Source: Escherichia coli (GTDB lineage Bacteria; Pseudomonadota; Gammaproteobacteria; Enterobacterales; Enterobacteriaceae). Taken from it: a stretch of 64,000 nucleotides of DNA. Numbering within the stretch: position 1 is the stretch's first letter; the number at the start of each line of letters is the position of its first letter. The DNA lies in the NCBI RefSeq assembly GCF_002854065.1, contig NZ_CP024147.1; one strand, 5' to 3'. The notes beneath the pieces were generated by a model. That model ran no database searches, was not told where the DNA came from, and saw only the letters and a list, made by a program, of their open reading frames with translations. Positions 20,601 to 27,605 of the stretch are shown here, piece by piece. A program made the translations under genes and the position numbers.

Positions 20601-22563
20601 CATCGCTATAAACGATGTCAAAAGCGGCGTTACTGCCCTCATCAACAATGGGCTGTTTCACCGTGCTGTCAGTGCGATAATCGTAAACCGATTTCGAGGC
20701 GAACTGCGGACGGAGCCCCGGCAATGCATCGGCAGGCCAGATAGCCTGCTCAGCGCGGCGCGTCACCGGGCGACCGCCCGATTCCAGCAAACTGCCCTGG
20801 AAAATAACCTGCAATGGGGAATGCGTTTCCTTCCACTGGCTTTCTGTAGAAACTTCGCCGCGCCCTTTATCGTCCAGCGTCAACTGAACTTCATCCAGCG
20901 TGCGGGAAAGGTTTTCGGCAGCTATATCGCCGAATTCAAAACCAGGTAAGGCTGACACAGCCTCACGCAGTGGGCGCAGGAAAAGTTGCCCTTGCAAAGT
21001 ATTACCATTAGCAGGCGCACCGTACAGGTAGTATCCCACCACGGAGAATTTCACTTCATCATTCGGCGTAAGCGGGGTTTTCTCACCGGTCAGATTCAGC
21101 GCCATACGCTCTGGCATAAAATCTTCGACGTGGAAATCCCACATCCGATACTGGTTATCGCCCGTGTTAGCGCGAATATGCCACATACCGGTTGCCGCAT
21201 TGCTATCGAGTGGCCAGGTAAAGTGGTAGAGGCCATTTTCCGGCTGACTAACGACGCTCCTGAGTACCTGCCCATCGGGTTTAATCACGTCTAACTTGAT
21301 GGGTTGATTGGGCAACGCTTTACCGTCTGCATCACGCAGCAAACCATTGAGGATTACCGTTTCACCCGGGCGATAAAGATCGCGCGGGCCAAACATGAAA
21401 AACTGTTTGCTATAGCCTGGCGCACCTGCAATGTTAAATTCTGCTAAGTCCAGCGCCGGAAGTTTTAAATCGAGTAGCGTTGTCTGACCGTCTTTACGTG
21501 CCAGCAGTAATGCCGCATTTTTATCATTTTCCAGCTGCACATGCCCCTGAGCGTCACTGGTTGCCTGAGTCAGAGTCTGCCCTTTCTCATTTAATAAAGA
21601 GACTTCAATTCCTTGCTGGGCCGCGCCGTTTTCCAGACTTTGGGTAAAGATATCCAGACGATTGTGATAACGGTGAGCTGAAACGCCGATATCACTTAAC
21701 GTAAACAGCGTCGCGGGATTACTGTAATCGTAACGTCCAGCCTGATTCATCACAGCCAGATACACGCCCGCCTGCTGAAGCGGTTTGATATCGCCCAGCG
21801 GCAGCAATAATTTTTCACGGGTGTTACGCGCAGGATTGAGATCAAACCGTCCGGTGTAGACCAGATCCGCCATCTGCAGCAGTTTGTCTGACTGCCAGTT
21901 CGCCAGCGAATTGCGGTATTCCCATTGGCTAATGAATGCTGGCAGAGATTCTGGCTTAACGCGGAAGAAGTTAACATCGACATTATTAACGTTGAGCGCC
22001 ATTACCGGCAGCCCTTCAACGACTTTACCAGGCAGCAGCGAACCACGGCTGGAAAAACCGACACTGGGTTGGATGTCGCGGGTAGTTATAGTTTTTTCGT
22101 AATCTTTACTGAAGGTTGCGTTGTTGAGTGCTTTGACCTCCTTGCCAATTGTAACGATCAAATCACGTTTCGGTTCGAGGTGGCGTAAACGCAGCTCTTT
22201 AAGATTATCTGACAGCTCCCAGGCACCATCCACTTTGCCGCTTTTTTTATCGACGACATGAATAACGCGTGAGAAATCCTGATCCGGGTCGAGAGGGATG
22301 GAGAACGTCAGCACCAGCGTGGCTGCACCATCAAGTTGGACTTCAGAGAGATCCAGCAATGTCAGCGCCTTACCGGCACTCTGTTGTGCCAGTTTTTGTC
22401 GCTCTGGCGCGGAGAGTTTTGCTGAACTCGCGTTTTCTGAAGAGGCCGCTTTAGTAACTTCAGAAGGCGCATCTTTTTTCACCGCTGTTGGCGCGTTATC
22501 GTTGTTGTCGCACCCTGCCAGCGCCAGCATTAGCATGCAGGCGGCTACGCGTAACTTTTTCAT
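17602..22563 (-). CDS. yfhM: Alpha-2-macroglobulin family lipoprotein YfhM
   Basis: ORF track 1653 aa, ATG; lipobox LALAGC; thioester motif CLEQ present (..AYPYGCLEQTASGL..). Confidence 0.95.
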   Translation of the reverse strand: MKKLRVAACMLMLALAGCDNNDNAPTAVKKDAPSEVTKAASSENASSAKLSAPERQKLAQQSAGKALTLLDLSEVQLDGAATLVLTFSIPLDPDQDFSRVIHVVDKKSGKVDGAWELSDNLKELRLRHLEPKRDLIVTIGKEVKALNNATFSKDYEKTITTRDIQPSVGFSSRGSLLPGKVVEGLPVMALNVNNVDVNFFRVKPESLPAFISQWEYRNSLANWQSDKLLQMADLVYTGRFDLNPARNTREKLLLPLGDIKPLQQAGVYLAVMNQAGRYDYSNPATLFTLSDIGVSAHRYHNRLDIFTQSLENGAAQQGIEVSLLNEKGQTLTQATSDAQGHVQLENDKNAALLLARKDGQTTLLDLKLPALDLAEFNIAGAPGYSKQFFMFGPRDLYRPGETVILNGLLRDADGKALPNQPIKLDVIKPDGQVLRSVVSQPENGLYHFTWPLDSNAATGMWHIRANTGDNQYRMWDFHVEDFMPERMALNLTGEKTPLTPNDEVKFSVVGYYLYGAPANGNTLQGQLFLRPLREAVSALPGFEFGDIAAENLSRTLDEVQLTLDDKGRGEVSTESQWKETHSPLQVIFQGSLLESGGRPVTRRAEQAIWPADALPGLRPQFASKSVYDYRTDSTVKQPIVDEGSNAAFDIVYSDAQGVKKAVSGLQVRLIRERRDYYWNWSEDEGWQSQFDQKDLIENEQTLDLKADETGKVSFPVEWGAYRLEVKAPNEAVSSVRFWAGYSWQDNSDGSGAVRPDRVTLKLDKASYRPGDTIKLHIAAPTAGKGYAMVESSEGPLWWQEIDVPAQGLDLTIPVDKTWNRHDLYLSTLVVRPGDKSRSATPKRAVGVLHLPLGDENRRLDLALETPAKMRPNQPLTVKIKASTKNGEKPKQVNVLVSAVDSGVLNITDYVTPDPWQAFFGQKRYGADIYDIYGQVIEGQGRLAALRFGGDGDELKRGGKPPVNHVNIVAQQALPVTLNEQGEGSVTLPIGDFNGELRVMAQAWTADDFGSNESKVIVAAPVIAELNMPRFMASGDTSRLTLDITNLTDKPQKLNVALTASGLLELVSDSPAAVELAPGVRTTLFIPVRALPGYGDGEIQATISGLALPGETVADQHKQWKIGVRPAFPAQTVNYGTALQPGETWAIPADGLQNFSPVTLEGQLLLSGKPPLNIARYIKELKAYPYGCLEQTASGLFPSLYTNAAQLQALGIKGDSDEKRRASVDIGISRLLQMQRDNGGFALWDKNGDEEYWLTAYVMDFLVRAGEQGYSVPTDVINRGNERLLRYLQDPGMMSIPYADNLKASKFAVQSYAALVLARQQKAPLGALREIWEHRADAASGLPLLQLGVALKTMGDATRGEEAIALALKTPRNSDERIWLGDYGSPLRDNALMLSLLEENKLLPDEQYTLLNTLSQQAFGERWLSTQESNALFLAARTIQDLPGKWQAQTSFSAEPLTGEKAQNSNLNSDQLATLQVTNSGDQPLWLRVDASGYPQSAPLPANNVLQIERHILGTDGKSKSLDSLRSGDLVLVWLQVKASNSVPDALVVDLLPAGLELENQNLANGSASLEQSGGEVQNLLNQMQQASTKHIEFRDDRFVAAVAVDEYQPVTLVYLARAVTPGTYQVPQPMVESMYVPQWRATGAAEDLLIVRP

Positions 22564-22769
22564 TTTTCATCCCTGCCACAATGGCCCGTTAGCAACGTCG
22601 AATAATTATTATGCGTGAGAATTTACGTTATGTAATTCAGTATCACGCCCATACAATCCGAATTTTAGTGAGAATTGTGGCTCAGACAGCCAAATCAGCC
22701 TCTTTTGCTTGTCGCTTTTCACTAAACATCCGACAATTTAGCCTAACCCCGGCAAAAATGGAGATGCCT

Positions 22770-23615
22770 ATGTCCACGACATGGTTTGTAGGAGCCGACT
22801 GGCTCGCCGAACATATTGATGACCCGGAAATTCAGATTATCGATGCCCGCATGGCGTCGCCTGGACAGGAAGATCGTAACGTTGCTCAGGAGTATCTGAA
22901 TGGACATATTCCCGGCGCAGTGTTTTTTGATATCGAAGCGCTTTCTGATCACACTTCCCTGCTTCCGCACATGCTGCCGCGCCCGGAAACGTTCGCCGTG
23001 GCGATGCGTGAATTAGGCGTTAACCAGGATAAGCACCTGATTGTCTATGACGAAGGTAATCTTTTCTCAGCCCCACGAGCATGGTGGATGCTGCGCACCT
23101 TTGGTGTAGAGAAAGTGTCGATTCTGGGGGGTGGACTTGCAGGCTGGCAGCGCGATGATCTGTTGTTAGAAGAAGGTGCAGTAGAGCTGCCGGAAGGAGA
23201 GTTTAACGCCGCGTTTAATCCTGAAGCAGTGGTGAAAGTAACCGATGTGTTATTGGCAAGCCATGAAAATACGGCGCAAATTATTGATGCCCGCCCGGCT
23301 GCACGTTTTAACGCAGAAGTTGATGAACCTCGCCCAGGTTTACGTCGCGGACATATTCCCGGTGCATTGAACGTTCCGTGGACGGAACTGGTGCGCGAAG
23401 GCGAACTAAAAACGACCGATGAACTGGATGCGATATTTTTTGGTCGCGGCGTCAGCTATGACAAACCGATTATCGTCAGCTGCGGCTCTGGTGTAACAGC
23501 AGCCGTGGTTTTGTTGGCACTCGCGACGCTGGATGTGCCAAACGTGAAACTGTACGACGGCGCATGGAGTGAATGGGGCGCGCGGGCAGATTTACCGGTT
23601 GAGCCATTGAAATAA
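22770..23615 (+). CDS. sseA: 3-mercaptopyruvate sulfurtransferase SseA (rhodanese)
   Basis: ORF track frame 22611-23615; conserved start MSTTWFVGADW at ATG 22770 (281 aa); catalytic-cysteine loop SCGSGVTAA. Confidence 0.93.
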   Translation: MSTTWFVGADWLAEHIDDPEIQIIDARMASPGQEDRNVAQEYLNGHIPGAVFFDIEALSDHTSLLPHMLPRPETFAVAMRELGVNQDKHLIVYDEGNLFSAPRAWWMLRTFGVEKVSILGGGLAGWQRDDLLLEEGAVELPEGEFNAAFNPEAVVKVTDVLLASHENTAQIIDARPAARFNAEVDEPRPGLRRGHIPGALNVPWTELVREGELKTTDELDAIFFGRGVSYDKPIIVSCGSGVTAAVVLLALATLDVPNVKLYDGAWSEWGARADLPVEPLK

Positions 23616-23629
23616 GCTTTTTACAGGCA

Positions 23630-23731
23630 ATAAAAAACCGCCGAATTTGGCGGTTTTTTATTGCTGGTCTGGTTCGCGGCCTTTCCAGCAGGTTGACTTG
23701 TGTTGCCGGAGCAACGCAGGCACCCCACAGT
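23630..23731 (-). ncRNA. Candidate antisense sRNA of ryfA copy 1 (TimR/RyfB-like)
   Basis: Minus-strand sigma70-like promoter (-35 TTGACA at 23761-23766, 17-bp spacer, -10 GAGTAT at 23738-23743); predicted 5' end carries the reverse complement of caggcaccccacagtg (23717-23732), which recurs at 23879-23894 in the ryfA leader; 3' end at the bidirectional terminator. Ends approximate. Confidence 0.45.
23632..23660. terminator. Bidirectional rho-independent terminator (sseA on plus; candidate antisense sRNA on minus)
   Basis: aaaaaaccgccgaatttggcggtttttta: GC stem aaccgcc/ggcggtt flanked by an A run and a T run. Confidence 0.8.
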
Positions 23732-23865
23732 GTTGAAATACTCTCTTTTATGCCTGGCTGTGTCAAGATAATAAACAGAGTAATTATTCAAACATGAGAG
23801 TATTATTCTTAATGGCCCTTTTCGCCGTCTCGCAAACGGGCGCTGGCTTTAGGAAAGGATGTTCC

Positions 23866-23961
23866 ATGACCGTAAATACAGGCACCCCACAGTGCTTGCT
23901 ATCGCGGCAATATCGCCAGTGGTGCTGTCGTGATGCGGTCTTCGCATGGACCGCACAATGA
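23866..23961 (+). CDS. Leader ORF (31 codons) with strong SD, translationally coupled to the downstream toxin-like ORF
   Basis: AGGAAAGGA 6 nt upstream of ATG; MTVNTGTPQCLLSRQYRQWCCRDAVFAWTAQ; its TGA stop overlaps the ATG of the next ORF (caATGA). Codons 5-10 coincide with the 16-nt antisense target. Coding status is inferred. Confidence 0.4.
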   Translation: MTVNTGTPQCLLSRQYRQWCCRDAVFAWTAQ

Positions 23962-24083
23962 AGATACGGTGCTTCTGTATCGTACTTATTGTTTCTGGTG
24001 CGCTGTTAACCGAGGTAAATAATAACCTGAGTCTCTCCGGCAACAATTTACTGGTGGTTAACAACCTTCAGAACAGCAGGTAA
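23958..24083 (+). CDS. Small hydrophobic toxin-like protein (41 aa), TimP/RyfA-type candidate
   Basis: MKIRCFCIVLIVSGALLTEVNNNLSLSGNNLLVVNNLQNSR; no own SD, start overlaps leader stop; identical amino-acid sequence in copy 2 with a single synonymous difference, whereas flanking DNA differs at many positions. Confidence 0.5.
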   Translation: MKIRCFCIVLIVSGALLTEVNNNLSLSGNNLLVVNNLQNSR

Positions 24084-24113
24084 GCCCGAATGCCGCCCTT
24101 TGGGGCGGCATAT

Positions 24114-24197
24114 TTAGATTATCCGATTCTGTTTAAAGTCACGCAAAAAACCACCCCAGCGACGTTCATAGAATGGCGCAATATGTTCGATATTAAA
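24114..24197 (-). pseudogene. Detached duplicate of the sseB 3' end (last ~25 codons plus stop)
   Basis: Minus-strand translation gives ..IEHIAPFYERRWGGFLRDFKQNRII*, identical to the C-terminus of the intact sseB at 24796-24880; no upstream coding continuation. Confidence 0.65.
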
Positions 24198-24311
24198 ATG
24201 ACCTGGCTTATTAGTCCGAATTCAGACAAATATAAACAAATCCCGCTCAATATTAAAAATACTAACCGGTAAAAGATATTACTTAAACATGTAAATTCAC
24301 TTTCTTTAAGC

Positions 24312-24415
24312 AACAAAAAACCGCCAAAATCAGGCGGTTATTTGTTGCCGGTTTGGTTCGCGGCCTCTCCAGCAGATTGACTTGTGTTGCATGAGCAACG
24401 CAGGTGCTTCACAGC
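24312..24415 (-). ncRNA. Candidate antisense sRNA of ryfA copy 2 (TimR/RyfB-like)
   Basis: Minus-strand promoter -35 TTGACA (24445-24450), 17-bp spacer, -10 GAATAT (24422-24427); 5' region complementary to caggtgcttcacagc (24401-24415), matching the copy-2 leader site caggtgtttcacagc (24560-24574) with one G-U wobble; terminator hairpin at 24318-24345. Confidence 0.45.
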
Positions 24416-24546
24416 AGAGCAATATTCGCCAGCAACTCTCTTTTTGTCAAGCAAAAGAGAGTAATTATTGTTTATTTAGCGTATTATCGACACCGGCCCT
24501 TTCCGCCGTCTCGCAAACGGGCGCTGGCTTTAGGAAAGGATGTTCC

Positions 24547-24642
24547 GTGGCCGTAAATGCAGGTGTTTCACAGCGCTTGCTATCGCGGCAATATCGCCAG
24601 TGGTGCTGTCGTGATGCGGTCTTCGCATGGACCGCACAATGA
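24547..24642 (+). CDS. Leader ORF of copy 2 (GTG start), coupled to the toxin-like ORF
   Basis: Same SD AGGAAAGGA; GTG instead of ATG; five amino-acid differences in the first 10 codons, all inside the antisense target; stop overlaps the next ATG. Confidence 0.35.
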   Translation: MAVNAGVSQRLLSRQYRQWCCRDAVFAWTAQ

Positions 24643-24764
24643 AGATACGGTGCTTTTGTATCGTACTTATTGTTTCTGGTGCGCTGTTAACCGAGGTAAA
24701 TAATAACCTGAGTCTCTCCGGCAACAATTTACTGGTGGTTAACAACCTTCAGAACAGCAGGTAA
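24639..24764 (+). CDS. Small hydrophobic toxin-like protein (41 aa), copy 2
   Basis: Same protein as copy 1 (MKIRCFCIVLIVSGALL..), one synonymous change (TTC to TTT). Confidence 0.5.
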   Translation: MKIRCFCIVLIVSGALLTEVNNNLSLSGNNLLVVNNLQNSR

Positions 24765-24795
24765 GCCCGAATGCCGCCCTTTGGGGCGGCATATT

Positions 24796-25572
24796 TTAGA
24801 TTATCCGGTTCTGTTTAAAGTCACGCAAAAAACCACCCCAACGACGTTCATAGAATGGCGCAATATGTTCGGTAATAAAGTGGCTAATTCCTTTTTCCCC
24901 TTTTTTCACCTGACAAATATCGATTGGTTCATCGCCAGGTAATGTATCGGTCGCTACACTTCCCGCCGCCTGAATAATTTCTTCGATATCACCATCGGCT
25001 TCAATGCCAATAAGTAAATTAGGCTGTGCCTCTTCGTTCTCTTTAATTGAACATATAAAAGCACGCTTCACCGGCTTAATAGTTTTAAATAAGGTGGTGA
25101 GTGAATCAATCATTTGTGCTGGCGGCTCTGCGACTTCCGATAATATTAGCGATTCACCGCCTTCCAGTACTTCCTGGCTACTCAGCGGATTCCCTTCTTC
25201 ACCAATCAACAAACTGATTTCACGCGGCATAAATTCTTTACCGGTTGGCAGTTTGGCATTAAGGAAGAGCGTTTCGCCAAGGGTCATCTCAAACAATGTG
25301 CGAACGGGCATTACTACAAATGCCTGTTCGTCTTCAACCGCCTGTTGAAGTGCTTCTAACGAGGTAAAAAAAGGAATGACGCTGGTGCCGTCTTCTTTTT
25401 CCCAATGCTGTAAATCAAGCGCACTATCTTCAACCACAGCCTCGCCCTGCGCCGCCGTACCAGGCACCCAGACGGTGGATCCCAGTAGAGTACGGAAAAA
25501 GGCCGGGCGGTGCGCCGGTTCGGTTGCTGCTTTTTCCAGCAGGTCTTCAAGTTCGTTTTTTGTTTCGGACAT
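24796..25572 (-). CDS. sseB: Protein SseB (enhanced serine sensitivity)
   Basis: ORF track frame 24796-25581; conserved start MSETKNELEDLLEKAATEP at ATG 25570-25572 (258 aa). Confidence 0.9.
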   Translation of the reverse strand: MSETKNELEDLLEKAATEPAHRPAFFRTLLGSTVWVPGTAAQGEAVVEDSALDLQHWEKEDGTSVIPFFTSLEALQQAVEDEQAFVVMPVRTLFEMTLGETLFLNAKLPTGKEFMPREISLLIGEEGNPLSSQEVLEGGESLILSEVAEPPAQMIDSLTTLFKTIKPVKRAFICSIKENEEAQPNLLIGIEADGDIEEIIQAAGSVATDTLPGDEPIDICQVKKGEKGISHFITEHIAPFYERRWGGFLRDFKQNRII

Positions 25573-25604
25573 AAGAACCACAATTCATTCAACGTTCGGG
25601 GCAC

Positions 25605-25710
<106 letters not shown>

Positions 25711-25714
25711 TAGT

Positions 25715-26998
25715 TTACGCCGTTAACAGATTAGCAATCGTGCGCACACCAAGTCCCGTAGCACCCGCAGACCACTGTTCAACCGGCGCTTTACGGTAAG
25801 TCGCCGAGCAGTCGATATGCAGCCAGCCTTGCTGATAGTTCTCAACAAAGTGCGACAGGAAGCCCGCTGCCGTGCTCGCGCCTGCCGGATACGCCGCGCT
25901 TCCGGTATTGTTCAGTTCGGCAAAGTTAGACGGCAGCTGGCTGCGGTGGAATTCCGCCAGCGGCAGACGCCAGAATGGTTCGTTCTCTTGTGAGGCACTC
26001 GCCAGCAAACGACCGGCAAGCGCATCGTCAAAACTGAACAGCGCGTGATAATCATTACCCAGCGCAGTTTTCGCCGCCCCGGTGAGGGTCGCCGCATCAA
26101 TGATCATTTCCGGTTTCTGCGCACTGGCATCAATCAGACCATCGGCAAGCACCAGGCGCCCTTCGGCATCAGTGTTCATCACTTCAACTTTTTTACCGTT
26201 GCGATAGGTGATGATATCGCCCAGCTTAAACGCATTGCCGCTGATCAGGTTATCCGCACAGCAGAGGAACAGCTTCACGCGCTTGTTCAGTCCGCGCGTA
26301 ATGGCAAATGCCAGCGCCCCGGTAACCGTTGCCGCGCCGCCCATGTCCGACTTCATCGAGTCCATAAACGCAGTCTGTTTGATGCTGTAGCCGCCGGAGT
26401 CAAAAGTGATACCTTTACCTACCAGGCACGCGTACACTGGCGCTTCTTTATCGCCAGTTGGGTTGTAATCCAGCGCCAGCAATACCGGAGAACGTTCTGA
26501 ACCGCGTCCGACGGTGTGCAGCCCCATATAACCTTGCTCACGCAGATCCTCACCTTTGGTGATCCGATAAGTCACACGATCGCCTGCGACGTTGTTGATC
26601 AGATCAACAGCACGCTGTGCCAGTTGCGATGGCCCCAGCTCTTCCGCCGGTGCGTTGATGGTGTCACGCACCCAGTCGATGATCATCAGGCGGTTATCCA
26701 GTTCCTGCCGCTGGGCATCGTCCAGATCCGGCCACTCCACTTTACGCGTGCCTTTCGGGGCTTTGTAACCTTGCCAGAATGCCCAGCAGCGATCCACATC
26801 CCAGCCTTCACCGCTTAGCTGAACATGCTTGATGCCCAGACCGTCAATCTTGCGCGCCGCACGCTGGATCAGCCCCAGATCGTCTGCCCCGTTCAAATGC
26901 AGAGTAATGCCATCATTATTAATGCTGTAAGTTGCTTTTTCTCCCCAGCGCGCGTCGGCAGGTTGGGTAGAGAGGGTAATTTTCATCGCTTCTGTCAT
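25715..26998 (-). CDS. pepB: Peptidase B (leucyl aminopeptidase family)
   Basis: ORF track 427 aa, ATG; M17 aminopeptidase metal-binding signature (NTDAEGRL). Confidence 0.95.
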   Translation of the reverse strand: MTEAMKITLSTQPADARWGEKATYSINNDGITLHLNGADDLGLIQRAARKIDGLGIKHVQLSGEGWDVDRCWAFWQGYKAPKGTRKVEWPDLDDAQRQELDNRLMIIDWVRDTINAPAEELGPSQLAQRAVDLINNVAGDRVTYRITKGEDLREQGYMGLHTVGRGSERSPVLLALDYNPTGDKEAPVYACLVGKGITFDSGGYSIKQTAFMDSMKSDMGGAATVTGALAFAITRGLNKRVKLFLCCADNLISGNAFKLGDIITYRNGKKVEVMNTDAEGRLVLADGLIDASAQKPEMIIDAATLTGAAKTALGNDYHALFSFDDALAGRLLASASQENEPFWRLPLAEFHRSQLPSNFAELNNTGSAAYPAGASTAAGFLSHFVENYQQGWLHIDCSATYRKAPVEQWSAGATGLGVRTIANLLTA

Positions 26999-27056
26999 TT
27001 TAGTTATCCTTATTCGTTTAACAGCAAAACGGGCTACCCCCAGGCAGCCCGTTCAT

Positions 27057-27257
27057 TCACTCGGCTTCGTCCAGCCAGACTAACAAAATCGCTTCGAGGA
27101 TTTTCTCGTTGGATGCCTGCGGGTCGTCGTCGAAATCTTCCAGATCGCAAATCCACTGATGCATATCGGTGAATCGAACCGTTTTCGGATCAAGATCGGG
27201 ATACGCATCGTACAGTGCTTCGCCAATTTCGCGGCTATCGGTCCACTTAAGTCCCAT
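27057..27257 (-). CDS. iscX: Fe-S cluster assembly protein IscX
   Basis: ORF track 66 aa, ATG; acidic small protein [21 protein letters not shown].. Confidence 0.93.
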
Positions 27258-27268
27258 ACTAACCTCTG

Positions 27269-27604
27269 TTAATGCTCACGCGCATGGTTGATCGTGTAAC
27301 GCGGGATTTCGACCACTAAATCTTCGTCGGTGACGCGCGCCTGGCAGCTTAAACGGCTTTCCGGCTCCAGTCCCCAGGCTTTGTCCAGCATGTCGTCTTC
27401 CTGCTCTGAGCTTTCTGGAAGCGAGTCAAAACCTTCACGAACGATGCAGTGGCAGGTGGTGCAAGCACAGGATTTTTCACAGGCGTGTTCAATCTCGATA
27501 CCGTTACGCAGAGCTGCGTCGAGAATGGTTTCACCGCTATTAGCTTCCAGAACAGCGCCATCAGGGCAGAGATCCTGATGAGGCAAAATAACAATCTTTG
27601 GCAT
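27269..27604 (-). CDS. fdx: [2Fe-2S] ferredoxin Fdx (isc operon)
   Basis: ORF track 111 aa, ATG; adrenodoxin-type cysteine ligands ([12 protein letters not shown] ... C). Confidence 0.95.
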
Positions 27605-27605
27605 A

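Larger units (their letters stand above)
23813..24117 (+). ncRNA. ryfA: ryfA copy 1 transcript (small-toxin mRNA, RyfA/TimP-type)
   Basis: -10 TATTAT at 23801-23806; 3' terminator hairpin atgccgccc-tttg-gggcggcat (24090-24111) plus U-rich tail; about 305 nt, matching the size recalled for RyfA. Contains the coupled leader and toxin ORFs. Confidence 0.55.
23632..24197. repeat. Tandem segmental duplication, unit 1 (terminator + antisense sRNA + ryfA + sseB 3' fragment)
   Basis: Aligns with 24312-24880 along its whole length; near-identical across the ryfA body, divergent in the promoter/pairing region. Confidence 0.8.
24494..24798 (+). ncRNA. ryfA: ryfA copy 2 transcript (small-toxin mRNA)
   Basis: -10 TATTAT at 24482-24487; terminator hairpin 24771-24792 plus T run; 3' end overlaps the sseB stop codon (convergent). 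Confidence 0.55.
24312..24880. repeat. Tandem segmental duplication, unit 2 (ends in the intact sseB 3' end)
   Basis: Homologous to 23632-24197; a 115-bp AT-rich unique spacer (24198-24311) separates the units. Confidence 0.8.

Noticed and set aside
17602-22563. Possibility that the 5-kb yfhM gene is a mobile or foreign insertion
   Set aside because: It carries the CLEQ thioester motif and a lipobox, is flanked by core genes in the conserved order and is operonic with pbpC; no integrase, transposase or terminal repeats are present.
23849-24064. 71-aa minus-strand ORF antisense to ryfA copy 1 (a twin is at 24530-24745)
   Set aside because: The two ORFs are alike only because the underlying DNA is duplicated; they run antisense through the terminator-flanked ryfA transcript and have no SD or recognisable motifs.
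24382-24642. 86-aa plus-strand ORF in ryfA copy 2
   Set aside because: It begins inside the predicted antisense sRNA and promoter region and merely extends the leader frame upstream; the supported unit is the 31-codon leader starting at the GTG with a strong SD.
23632-24880. Interpreting the ryfA duplication as a novel, undescribed toxin-antitoxin system
   Set aside because: A ryfA-encoded small toxin with an antisense sRNA (TimP/TimR in Salmonella) and two ryfA copies in Shigella dysenteriae are, to my recollection, already described; the co-variation and leader-coupling details are reported as findings rather than as a claim of a new system.
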